This document shows, in pieces, positions 1-9,219 of a DNA stretch of 64,000 bases. The notes under the pieces were generated by a model that saw only the letters and a program-made list of their open reading frames with translations, was not told the DNA's origin and did not search any database. Each line of letters begins with the position of its first letter. The stretch's first letter is position 1. The DNA is from Deltaproteobacteria bacterium (GTDB lineage: Bacteria; Myxococcota_A; Polyangia; Polyangiales; Houyiibacteriaceae), in the NCBI GenBank assembly GCA_034670305.1, contig JAXMNT010000001.1, positions 96,001-160,000 of the forward strand, in the 5' to 3' direction. Both the position numbers and the translations under genes were made by a program.

Positions 1-34
1 CTCGCCCAGCGCCTGCGAGTCAGGCGGCTCCGGC

Positions 35-185
35 CGTGCACCTGCGCAGGCCGAAGGCCGAGCAACTGGTGCACTCCCCAAGTGCGTCGTAGAGGTGGCA
101 GGAGTGCATCGACCGCGCGCAGCCGCCAAGTGCCCCGGATGAATCTTCAGTGATGGCCACACCAGGCGGCGAGCACGTCGATGTG
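35..185 (-). repeat. Dispersed structured element (module Z), copy A
   Basis: Reverse complement shares blocks with 50145-50299: 46/47 nt (35-81 vs 50253-50299), 16/16 (114-129 vs 50203-50218) and 15/15 (164-178 vs 50152-50166), with divergent spacers between blocks. Confidence 0.85.
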
Positions 186-202
186 CTCTGGACGCCGAAT
201 TA

Positions 203-236
203 GGGCCGCCAGTCTCGCGAAGCGAGCCAGGCCCGT
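203..236 (-). repeat. REP-like palindromic module X (ACGGGCCTGGCTCGCTTCGCGAGACTGGCGGCCC)
   Basis: Identical 34-mer at 50020-50053 and 33/33 at 50325-50357; hairpin core CTCGC-TTC-GCGAG. Confidence 0.85.
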
Positions 237-248
237 AGTGCCAATTAA

Positions 249-2075
249 CTAAGAACAGCAGGGGGCGGGAATCAGGAAGGGCAGGCAGTTCGGCAGGCCG
301 TCGTCGGTGACGGTGGTGGCCGAGCCGCGGATGCCGAGGCCGCCTTCGAGGCTGGCCTCCGGACAGAGGGGCACGCCGCACAGATGTTGAACCGGTCCGC
401 AACAACTCGCGCGGGCGGCTTCCGCTTCTTCGCCGTATTCGGAGAAGTCCCGGAACTCGATGTCCCGAATGCCCATGATCGCCGGGTCCGGCGCCTGGTC
501 GCAGCCACTGCGCCCGTCGGTGCGACCGACCGGGCCGCCCGGGTTCGGGTCCTGCACCACGAAGAGCGACGCGTTGCCCTGCTCCGCGACTGGGTCGTCG
601 ATTTGGCTCGGATCTCCGAGCGGGTTCGGCACGGTCCAGGCCTGACCAGAGAAGGTCCCTCCGGCGAGATCGCCACCGGTGCTCGAGAGCGCGGCGGGCA
701 CTTGGCAGCGGCCATCGAGGCAGGTCGTGCCTCCGGTGCATTCCATGCCCATGTCGGTGCAGGCCACGAGTCCGCCGCCGACCGGCGCGCCGCCAGCGAC
801 GCCGTGCAACACGTTGATGCCGTAGAGGCCGGCCGGAAGTTCCTGGCAGCTCACGGTGCTCGACTCATAGAACACCGTCGGGTTGCCCGGCGGGATGACC
901 GGGATCTGGCAGCGGTCGTCCGCGCCGTTGGTCAGCATCACGGCCACGGGCGGGATCACCATCTCGATGTCCGGGTACCAGACGCGCTGCAGCAGTGTCG
1001 TCGTCACCCGAACGCTCGGAATGAGCAGGATGCGGGGCACGCCCGTCACGGTCTCCGCTTCGGAGCGGATGCGCTCCATGAGCATGATCGGGGTGAGCCA
1101 TCCGATGCCCTGCGCGCCGAGGATCGGGTGTGGGTCCTGGGCGCCGTCCCGGTTCGCGTCCACTTCTCGGACGTACCAGGCGTAGGAGAACGGGTTCGCG
1201 GTGTCGACGGAGAGCCCGCCCTGGCCCATGGCGGTGAGCAGCGCCGCGGTCTGAGGGTCGTCGGGGTTGCGGTCGTAGAGCACGAGCCTCGTGGGGGCGC
1301 CTTCGAAGAGTTGGCGTTCGGCTTCGACCGTGTCGGTGGTCGTCGGCAGCGTGCCCTCGGAAGACAGGGGCGTGGTCTCGATCTGGAAGATCGGGCGCTC
1401 GGTGGAGACGGGGAGTCCAAGCGTGACGGAGATGCCGCCGACCAGTTCGCCATCCGGACGCTCTTCGATGGCGCCAAAGTCGATCGGGAGAAAGCGGGTG
1501 ATCGGGGCGGTCGGATCCAGAATCGCGCCGCCGGCGATGTCGCCTGCGGTCGGGAGGTTGGAGACGCTGAAGAACGGATTGAAGTCCTCGTCGTAGTCGT
1601 AGAAACCGCGGATCTGATACTGCACCGGGCCGCCGACGCCGAGCGGCAACTCGGGCCAGGTGAACTCGGTCGACCGCGTGACGACCACGCGGCGCTCTTC
1701 GGGCGTCGGATCCTCGGGCATGCAGTCGTCGAGCGACGTGAACAGAAGCGAGCCGGGCACGGTGAGCAGGTTGAGCGCGGAGGTCGCGCCGCCTTCGGGT
1801 GCGGGCGGGTTGGCGTGGTTGAAGAGCGTGAGGACGACTCGGCCGATGACCCGTCCTTCTTCGCGGTCGCACTGGGGACGCGGACCGGCGTAGAGCACGG
1901 TGCCTTCGATGACGCCGGTGGGATCGGGGGAGGTGCCGCCCATGCTGCGGAAGTCGTCGGTGTCCGGGTCCCCGCATCCGGCCGCGCCTGCGAGCACCAA
2001 GCCGAGGAGCGATGCCGCCAGTGGGGCAACGCGAAGGGAGGCTCGAATGAAGGTATTGGAACTGTGCTGTTTCAT
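249..2075 (-). CDS. Cys-rich hypothetical lipoprotein
   Basis: Lipoprotein-type signal (LVLAGAAGC), about 17 Cys, DANRDG Ca-binding-like motif; starts 8 nt after the stop of a TonB receptor gene. Confidence 0.8.
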   Translation of the reverse strand: MKQHSSNTFIRASLRVAPLAASLLGLVLAGAAGCGDPDTDDFRSMGGTSPDPTGVIEGTVLYAGPRPQCDREEGRVIGRVVLTLFNHANPPAPEGGATSALNLLTVPGSLLFTSLDDCMPEDPTPEERRVVVTRSTEFTWPELPLGVGGPVQYQIRGFYDYDEDFNPFFSVSNLPTAGDIAGGAILDPTAPITRFLPIDFGAIEERPDGELVGGISVTLGLPVSTERPIFQIETTPLSSEGTLPTTTDTVEAERQLFEGAPTRLVLYDRNPDDPQTAALLTAMGQGGLSVDTANPFSYAWYVREVDANRDGAQDPHPILGAQGIGWLTPIMLMERIRSEAETVTGVPRILLIPSVRVTTTLLQRVWYPDIEMVIPPVAVMLTNGADDRCQIPVIPPGNPTVFYESSTVSCQELPAGLYGINVLHGVAGGAPVGGGLVACTDMGMECTGGTTCLDGRCQVPAALSSTGGDLAGGTFSGQAWTVPNPLGDPSQIDDPVAEQGNASLFVVQDPNPGGPVGRTDGRSGCDQAPDPAIMGIRDIEFRDFSEYGEEAEAARASCCGPVQHLCGVPLCPEASLEGGLGIRGSATTVTDDGLPNCLPFLIPAPCCS

Positions 2076-2083
2076 GTCGTGCC

Positions 2084-4726
2084 CTACTGGAAGTGGTAGC
2101 CCACCGTGGCCAGGACCCGCGTGCTCAGACGTTGAGCGTAGGGGTGCTGCCGAATCTTGTTGTTCGTGAGGTTGAAGACGCTCAGACCGAGCTCGACTCG
2201 GTCGTTCGCGATCCGCGTGCCGATGCGCGCGTTGATGAGGTAGTTCGCGGGCAGCTCGAACTCGGTGAACCGCACCCCTTCGATGGCGTCGAACTCCTGC
2301 TCGAGCCAGACCTGCGCACCGGCCCAGTGAAAGTCGACGCCGATGTCGAGCCCGAACGGTGCGCGGTACTGCACGCCGAGGTTGAACTTGTGCCGGCTCG
2401 TGCGTTCTTCGGAGCTGCGCAGCTGGCTGTTGGTCAGGAAGGTCTTGTTGAACGCGTAGTTCGCGTAGATGTCGAGACCGGTGACCGGGTAGATCCGGGT
2501 GGCGATCTCACCGCCCACGACATCGAACTCCGCCGGGTCGTTGGAGAACGTGATGGTGCCGAGGTCGTAGCTCGCGGTGCCCGGGTCGTAGCCGCCGCGG
2601 CCCGCGCCGAAGTCGCCGAGCGTGAACGGGGAGACCTGCGAGAGGATCACGAGATCGGTCACGTGGTTGTAGTAGGCGCTGAGCTCCGCATCGAAGTACT
2701 CGCTCTCCGCGAACCGGTAGCCGAACTCGGCGCTGAGGATGCTCTCGGGTTTCAGCCTCGGCGCATCGAGCAGGTTCGCGGCCGGCTCCGAGCCGAGCGC
2801 CGTGACACCGACACCGGCGAGCGGGGTCGGGTTGTTGAGGTTGATGTAGCTCTCGAGGAACGTCTGCGTCCGGAACGCGGTGCCGACCGACGCTCGGATC
2901 GACTGGCCTTCGGTGGGGCGCACGACCACGGCGCCACGCGGCGAGAAGACCGGGCCGTCGAGCAACGGGTGGAAGTCGAGCCGGAAGCTGCCGACGATGT
3001 GGAGCTTGTCGAAGATCGAGAGGGTGTCCTGGAAGAACACCGCGCCGTGGTTCTCGAACCGCTCTTGGTCGAGGTAGTCCCAGTCGATCTGCTTGCGCCG
3101 GTAGGACGCGCCGAGGTGCAGGTTGTGATCCACGAGGAAGTGGAACTCGCGCGCGAGCTCACCCTCGATGTCGTAGGTGTTCCACTCGAACCGCGCGTGG
3201 AGCGCGTCTCCGCCGCGCGCGGGCGCGGGCAAACCGACCACCGACGCGACCCGGTTCCAGAACATGCGAAGCGAACCCCAGCTGGTCGTCAGACCCGCCA
3301 TCGCGTGGGAGGTCGGGCCACTCGCGAGGAAGTCCCGCAGCGGGCCGGTGCCCTGGAAGTTCTGGGTGTTCTGGTTGAAGCCCGCCTGGGCGTAGGCTTC
3401 GACTTCAGGCGTGAGTCGGTACCGAAGCCCGCCGTTCAGATGCACGCCTTCGAGCGCGAGGTTCCGGTCCCGTGGGAACGTGAAGGTGTGGTCGACGCGG
3501 TCGTCGTCGACTTCGCGGGTGAATCGGTCTTGCCGGTTGTAGCCGGCCGCGACCCGGTAGCCGAGTCGGTCGACGCGCCCACTCGTGGACACGTGTCCGT
3601 GGATGCGCCCGCCGTTGCCGCCGCCGAGCACGACGTCGGTGCGGGGTTCGCCTGGCGCCCGGGTGATGATGTTGATGATGCCGCTGAATGCATCCGCGCC
3701 GTAGAGTGCGGACGCGGGTCCTCGAACCACTTCGATGCGTTCGACGTCTTCGGGGTTGAACGGAAGGATGGACCAGAGCGTGGCGCCGAGCGGATCGATG
3801 TAGACCGAGCGGCCATCGATGAGCACCAGGGTCCGCGGCGAGAGGCGCTGGTTGAACCCGCGGAAGCTGATCGACACGTCCGCCGGCGTCAGCGTCATGA
3901 CGTCGGCGCCCGGCACGCGCCGGATCAGTTCGCCGAGGTTGGTGTGACCCGAGAGCCGGATGTCCTGCCGGGTGATGTTGGTGGTCGCGTTGGGTGCGTC
4001 GAGCGGGCTCTGCGCAAAGCGCGAGGCGGACACGACCTGCTCTTCGTAGATGTCTTCTTCACGCTCTGCACCGAGTTCGAGCGCCGGCTCTTCTCCGATC
4101 TCGGGGGTGGTGTCGGGCGGGGCCTCGCCCACCTGCGTGACCTGAACCGGGGTGCTGCCGCCCTCCCGCAAGGTGCGGGCGACCTCGCGCAATCGGGTGG
4201 CCCGTTCTCGGAGCGAGTCGCTCTGGGTGGCCTCGGCGAGCGTCTCGATCTGGTTCGCGGACTCTTCGAGTGCGGCGATCTCCTCGGCGGTGGCGAGAGC
4301 CTCGATGGGCGGCGCGACCTCTGGTGTCACGGCCGGCGGCGGCGTCTCGGTCTGCTGGGTGGTCTCCACCCGCGCTTCGACCGCACGGATGATGTCCTGC
4401 ACTTCTTCTCGGTCGGGCGGGTCGCTCGCGAGGTAGCGCTCGAAGTACTCGAGCGCGTTCTCGTACTGCTGCGCATCGGCGTAGGCGCGCGCGATGTTGT
4501 ACAGGACGTTCGGGTGGGGGAGCGTTTCGTACGCGACTTGGAGCTCGGCGATGCCCTCGTCGAGCGAGCCGTCCTGGATGAGCTGCATGCCGTGTCGAAA
4601 GTGTCGGCGCGCTTCGGTCCGGACATCGGCCTGAGCGACCGAGCCACCGAGCGCGGCGAACAACAGGCCGAGCAGGAGTGTGGTGCGGGCGCGGGAAGGG
4701 GCGCGGCGTTTGGGGAGGTGTCGCAT
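2084..4726 (-). CDS. TonB-dependent receptor with N-terminal TPR domain
   Basis: Signal peptide; TPR (ARRHFRHGM...PNVLYNIARAY); plug motifs VVSASR, LVLIDGR, ERIEVVRGPASALYGADAFSGIINIIT; barrel end FNLTN...VGYHFQ. Confidence 0.93.
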   Translation of the reverse strand: MRHLPKRRAPSRARTTLLLGLLFAALGGSVAQADVRTEARRHFRHGMQLIQDGSLDEGIAELQVAYETLPHPNVLYNIARAYADAQQYENALEYFERYLASDPPDREEVQDIIRAVEARVETTQQTETPPPAVTPEVAPPIEALATAEEIAALEESANQIETLAEATQSDSLRERATRLREVARTLREGGSTPVQVTQVGEAPPDTTPEIGEEPALELGAEREEDIYEEQVVSASRFAQSPLDAPNATTNITRQDIRLSGHTNLGELIRRVPGADVMTLTPADVSISFRGFNQRLSPRTLVLIDGRSVYIDPLGATLWSILPFNPEDVERIEVVRGPASALYGADAFSGIINIITRAPGEPRTDVVLGGGNGGRIHGHVSTSGRVDRLGYRVAAGYNRQDRFTREVDDDRVDHTFTFPRDRNLALEGVHLNGGLRYRLTPEVEAYAQAGFNQNTQNFQGTGPLRDFLASGPTSHAMAGLTTSWGSLRMFWNRVASVVGLPAPARGGDALHARFEWNTYDIEGELAREFHFLVDHNLHLGASYRRKQIDWDYLDQERFENHGAVFFQDTLSIFDKLHIVGSFRLDFHPLLDGPVFSPRGAVVVRPTEGQSIRASVGTAFRTQTFLESYINLNNPTPLAGVGVTALGSEPAANLLDAPRLKPESILSAEFGYRFAESEYFDAELSAYYNHVTDLVILSQVSPFTLGDFGAGRGGYDPGTASYDLGTITFSNDPAEFDVVGGEIATRIYPVTGLDIYANYAFNKTFLTNSQLRSSEERTSRHKFNLGVQYRAPFGLDIGVDFHWAGAQVWLEQEFDAIEGVRFTEFELPANYLINARIGTRIANDRVELGLSVFNLTNNKIRQHPYAQRLSTRVLATVGYHFQ

Positions 4727-7422
4727 CAGAACCGGAACGCTCCGCTCACCACGAATCGGGTGTCCATGGGCTGACTCAAGGGGTGCTGCCGGACCTTCTG
4801 GAAGAGCAGGTTCGTGCCGGTGATGCCGATGTCCAGCCGGTCGTCGAAGAGCCGGACACCGACGCGCGCGTTGAGCAGCACGTAGCCGTCGAGGTCGAAC
4901 GCTTCGAACCGGACGCCCGTGCGCGCATCCGTGACCTGTTCGACCCAGACCTGGTCGCTCACGTAGTGAAGGTCGACGTTGAGGTCGAGACCGAAGGGTG
5001 CCCGGTACTGGACGCCCAAGTTGAACTTGTGGGCGCTCGTGCGCTGGTCCTGACCGCGGACCGGATCGTCCTGGAAGTCCGCGTCGTTCAGCGGTTCGGT
5101 CTGGTTGTAGGCGTAGTTCGCGTACAGATCGAGGCCCGTGACCGGGAATGCACGAATGCCGATCTCCCCACCGACTTGGTAGAAGGTCGCGTCCTCGTTG
5201 TTGAACTGGAGGTTGCCGACCGGGAACGCCTGCGCGCCTTCGTCGTAGCCACCTTCGCCGGTGCCGAAGTCGCCGAGGCGGAACGTGTCGACCGAGCTGA
5301 GCTGGATCTCGTCGAAGACGAGGTTGTAGTAGACGTTCGTTTCGAGCGCGAAGTAGTCGGTCGCCTGGTTGGCGTAGCCGAGCTCGATGCTCACGATGCG
5401 CTCCGGGTCGAGGTTCTGGTTGCCCTGGCCGATGGCGGTGACGGCGCGGATCGGGGTGCGGTTCTCGAAGTCCAGGTAGGACTCGACGAACGAAGGCGAG
5501 CGGAACGCGGTGCCGCCCGTGAGTCGAAGCGCGTGTCCATCGACCACGCGCCAGACGAGCGAACCACGCGGCGAGAACTGGATGCCGTCGAGGAGCGGAT
5601 GGCGGTCGATGCGGAAGCTGGCGGTCAGCCGGAGGCGTTCATGGAGCTGAACGGCGTCCTGCAGGTACGCGAAGTAGTGGTGCTCGGTCTGGTCGTCGTT
5701 GAGCCAGTTCCACTTCACGTCCTTGTAGCGGTGCCCGACGCCGACGGCGAAGTTGTGATCGACGCCGAGGTGGAACTGGCGGTTGAAACTCAGCTCGGTG
5801 TCGATGACGTCCTGGTCGACCTGCCCGGTGGTGTCGAGCGCGCCGGGCGGGCGCTCGAAGGTGTCCACGTCCACTTCGAAGTGGTTCCAGTACGACTTGA
5901 GCTGAAGTCCGAAGGGCGTCGTGAGCGAGGCGTGCGTCTGGGAGAAGAACAGGTCCCGCACCGCGGTCTGGCGAAGGCGGCTGATGCCCTGGATCGCACC
6001 GTCGCCGACCGTGACCGACGAGCCCGCGCGCACGACGTAGCCCTCGCCGAGGTTGAGCCGGGTCTCTCCTGAGAACCACGCGTTCTCCAAAGCCTGGTTC
6101 GGCCGATCGTAGATCTCGCTGATGCCGTAGTCGGCGCGGTCCGCGCCCACCAGGTTCACGAACATGTCCGTGCGGTTGTAGCCGGCGGATGCGCGGAACG
6201 AGAAGGGTCCCGCGCGGTGGCTCACCGAGGTCGCGGCGCGTCCGGTGCGCCGGTTGCCACCCGCACCCGTGAGGTACGATTCGCCTTCGCCAGGTGTGCG
6301 CAAGATGATGTTCACGATGCCGCTGAACGCGTCGGCGCCGTAGACGGCCGCGGCCGGTCCACGAATGACCTCGATCCGCTCCACGTCCTCGACCGCGAAC
6401 GGCAGCATCTGCACGTAGGGGGACGCGAGGAAGTCGAGACGGACCGTGCGGCCGTCCACCAAGAAGAGCACCTTGTTCGCCTGTCGCCGGTTGAGCCCGC
6501 GGATGCCGACGTCGGTGTGGCCGGGGTAGTGCGTCATCACGTCGACGCCCGCGACGCGCCGGAGCAGCTGCGAGATGTCGGTGATGCCGCTCAGGCGGAT
6601 GTCCTGGCGCGTGATGGTGTGGGTCGAGTTCGGTGCGTCGAGCGGTGACTCCGCGAATCGCGACGCCGAGACCACCTCTTCTTCGAAGACTTCGCGCCGT
6701 TCTTCGCCGAGCGCGAGCTGCGGCTCGGAACCTTCCCCCGTCTCGGTGCCTTCGCCTGTGCCTTCGCTCGTGCCTTCGCCTGTGCCTTCCCCAGTGCCCT
6801 CACCCGTCTCGGTGCCCTCACCCGTCCCGCTGCCTTCGGCTTGCGCGCGGGCTTCGGTGCGGGTTCGAAGGTTGGCGGCCAAGACGCGCAGTCGGCGGGC
6901 CCGCTCGCGAAGCGAATCGCTCTGGGTTGCTTCGGCCAGGGTCTCGATCTGGGTCGCCGACTCTTCGATCGCGAGAATCTCCTGAGTCGAGACGGAGCTC
7001 TCGGGCGGCGGTGGCTCCACCGGCGTCGGCGCCTCGGTGACCTGCGGCTCCCGTGCGGCGAGCCGCGACTGCAACGCATCGAGGAGCGACTGCACCTCCT
7101 CGCGGTCGGGCGGGTCCGACGCGAGGTACTGCTCGAAGTAGTCGACCGCCTCCTCGTACTGATCCGACTCCGCATACGCGCGGGCTATGTTGTAGAGCAC
7201 GTTCGGGTGCGGAAGGATCTCGTAGGCGACTTCGAGCTCGCGAATGCCCTCGGCCGTTTCCCCCCGTTGGATCAGATCCATGCCGTGGCGAAAGTGGCGG
7301 CGCGCTTCGGTGCGCACGTCGGCGAACGCGGTGCTGGCACCGAAGAGGGTGCCGAGCAGAAGCAGCGCAGCGCAGCCATGCGACCAGCGTGCGCGCCAAG
7401 GGTGGGGATCGGGAACTCTCAT
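4726..7422 (-). CDS. TonB-dependent receptor with N-terminal TPR domain (paralogue)
   Basis: Same TPR N-terminus; GTGE-repeat linker; ERIEVIRGPAAAVYGADAFSGIVNII; C-terminal Phe. Confidence 0.93.
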   Translation of the reverse strand: MRVPDPHPWRARWSHGCAALLLLGTLFGASTAFADVRTEARRHFRHGMDLIQRGETAEGIRELEVAYEILPHPNVLYNIARAYAESDQYEEAVDYFEQYLASDPPDREEVQSLLDALQSRLAAREPQVTEAPTPVEPPPPESSVSTQEILAIEESATQIETLAEATQSDSLRERARRLRVLAANLRTRTEARAQAEGSGTGEGTETGEGTGEGTGEGTSEGTGEGTETGEGSEPQLALGEERREVFEEEVVSASRFAESPLDAPNSTHTITRQDIRLSGITDISQLLRRVAGVDVMTHYPGHTDVGIRGLNRRQANKVLFLVDGRTVRLDFLASPYVQMLPFAVEDVERIEVIRGPAAAVYGADAFSGIVNIILRTPGEGESYLTGAGGNRRTGRAATSVSHRAGPFSFRASAGYNRTDMFVNLVGADRADYGISEIYDRPNQALENAWFSGETRLNLGEGYVVRAGSSVTVGDGAIQGISRLRQTAVRDLFFSQTHASLTTPFGLQLKSYWNHFEVDVDTFERPPGALDTTGQVDQDVIDTELSFNRQFHLGVDHNFAVGVGHRYKDVKWNWLNDDQTEHHYFAYLQDAVQLHERLRLTASFRIDRHPLLDGIQFSPRGSLVWRVVDGHALRLTGGTAFRSPSFVESYLDFENRTPIRAVTAIGQGNQNLDPERIVSIELGYANQATDYFALETNVYYNLVFDEIQLSSVDTFRLGDFGTGEGGYDEGAQAFPVGNLQFNNEDATFYQVGGEIGIRAFPVTGLDLYANYAYNQTEPLNDADFQDDPVRGQDQRTSAHKFNLGVQYRAPFGLDLNVDLHYVSDQVWVEQVTDARTGVRFEAFDLDGYVLLNARVGVRLFDDRLDIGITGTNLLFQKVRQHPLSQPMDTRFVVSGAFRF

Positions 7423-9104
7423 CAGTACGGCTCTGCCTTGTATCCCTTGATGCCGACGGAAGCACCTCCGGACATCATCGTCACCATGCCCATGGGCGTT
7501 CGCGGCCGCGGCGGACGTCGGATCATGACCGAGGGTTCGGGGGTGGCTTCATCCAGCTCCGCGGTCACCGCGAGCGCGTCGGTGATGATGGTGCGGGTGA
7601 CCGTGAAGTCCCGATGTCCTTCCAGCTGGAACTGGAAGGTGATCTCACGGCCCGGTGCAGCGTCCGCGCCCGTCCACTCCACGTCGGCGGGCGTGGGCCC
7701 ATAGGTTCGTTCGCCGACCTGGACGAGCGCGCCCGACGGCTCGGAGCGAAGCGAGACGAGCACCCGCGCCACCGCGGGCTCCACCGGGCCCGGATCTTGG
7801 ATCGGATCTTGGGTCGGGTTCTGGCCGACCTCCTGGCCCGTTGCCGGCGGCACCGTGGCGATGGGCGGAGATGGACTGCGCAGCGCGATGTATCCCCCGA
7901 TGAGTCCCGCCACGAGGAGCGCGCCGCCGATGAACAGAAGCGCCCGACCTCTCTGAGAGGTGTCTTCGGGTTCGCCGAGCCGGTGATCGGGGAACGAGAT
8001 CGGCGGCGCCATGGCGTCGGAGGACGAGGGGCTCGAGGCGGGCGCACCCGTCGGCAACCCGAGCTGTGGTGTGCCGGTGACCTCGACGCTTCCAAAGCTG
8101 CCGGTGGAGCCGCCGCCGAGGGCGAACTCGCGGCTCAACGCGCTCTCCCCACTGCGGGAGACGCCGAGTCCGGTCTCGGCCGCGGTGTGCTTCAGCTCGA
8201 CCAGGAACGCGTCCATCGTGTCGAAGCGTTCCGCGGGATCCTTCGCCATCGCTTTGAGCACGACCTGCTCGAGGCGGGGATCGAAGATGGCGCCCGGTGC
8301 GGTCTCCGCCATCGTCGGAGGCTGCTCGTGCACGTGCGCCATGAGGATGTTGACCGAGTTGGGCCGGTCGAACGGCACCTTGCCGGTGAGCATCTGATAC
8401 AGGATCACGCCAAGCGCGTAGATGTCGCATCGGTGGTCGACGTGTTCGCCCCGAATCTGTTCGGGCGACATGTACTTGGGCGACCCCATGAACAGACCGG
8501 TCTGGGTCAGGTCTTCGCTCTTCTCGGCGAGGTCCTTCACCAGCCCGAAATCGAGCACTTTGACAAAGTCTTGTTCGTCGCCGTGTTTGACCAGAAAGAT
8601 GTTCGCTGGCTTCAGGTCGCGGTGAACCACGCCGAGCGCATGTGCTTCGCGCAGCGAGCGGCACATCTGGCGGGCGATGTGCATCGCGCGGTCGGGTTCC
8701 AGCCGTCCGTTCTCACGGAGGGCGCGGTGGAGCGTCTTGCCCTCGAGCAGCTCCATCGCGATGTAGTAGACGTCGTCGTCGGTCCGGCCGTAGTCGAAGA
8801 TCGTGACGGTGTTCGGGTGCGTGAGCTTCGCGCAGATCGACGCTTCCAGGAAAAAGCGTTTGTGGAACTCGGGGTCTTGGTCCCCGTGGTAGTTCGGGTT
8901 GAGGATCTTCAGCGCGACCTCACGGCCGAGCGGCGCCTGTTCGGCGCGGTAGACCTTGCCCATCCCCCCACGCGCGATGAGACCCGTGATGCGGAACCGG
9001 TCGTTGATCACCCGTCCGATGAGCGGATCGGGACCGCCCCGCTTCGGCGGATCTTTCACCGGTTGTTCGGGCGCAGGTGCCCCGTCCGCGTTGCTCGTCT
9101 CCAC
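7422..9104 (-). CDS. Membrane-anchored Ser/Thr protein kinase with periplasmic PEGA-like domain
   Basis: [29 protein letters not shown] motifs; TM helix LLFIGGALLVAGLIGGYIAL; SEPSGALVQVG; start re-chosen at GTG near 9104 because the ORF-track extension overlaps the divergent gene. Confidence 0.92.
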   Translation of the reverse strand: METSNADGAPAPEQPVKDPPKRGGPDPLIGRVINDRFRITGLIARGGMGKVYRAEQAPLGREVALKILNPNYHGDQDPEFHKRFFLEASICAKLTHPNTVTIFDYGRTDDDVYYIAMELLEGKTLHRALRENGRLEPDRAMHIARQMCRSLREAHALGVVHRDLKPANIFLVKHGDEQDFVKVLDFGLVKDLAEKSEDLTQTGLFMGSPKYMSPEQIRGEHVDHRCDIYALGVILYQMLTGKVPFDRPNSVNILMAHVHEQPPTMAETAPGAIFDPRLEQVVLKAMAKDPAERFDTMDAFLVELKHTAAETGLGVSRSGESALSREFALGGGSTGSFGSVEVTGTPQLGLPTGAPASSPSSSDAMAPPISFPDHRLGEPEDTSQRGRALLFIGGALLVAGLIGGYIALRSPSPPIATVPPATGQEVGQNPTQDPIQDPGPVEPAVARVLVSLRSEPSGALVQVGERTYGPTPADVEWTGADAAPGREITFQFQLEGHRDFTVTRTIITDALAVTAELDEATPEPSVMIRRPPRPRTPMGMVTMMSGGASVGIKGYKAEPY

Positions 9105-9219
9105 CACCCTCGACACCACCGTGTAGGGAGGGTCCCGACCCCCGGGGACCCAGCCTTCTTTCCAGTACCGGAGGATATCTGAGATCTGCCGACCGCGTCG
9201 AGCTTGTGGGCCGGCGGGG

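Noticed and set aside
144-150. CUGAAGA (minus strand) as a hammerhead ribozyme core
   Set aside because: No downstream GAAA and stem II, and the second copy reads AUGAAGA
236-250. TAGTGCCAATTAA as an IS terminal repeat
   Set aside because: No partner end or transposase visible in the window
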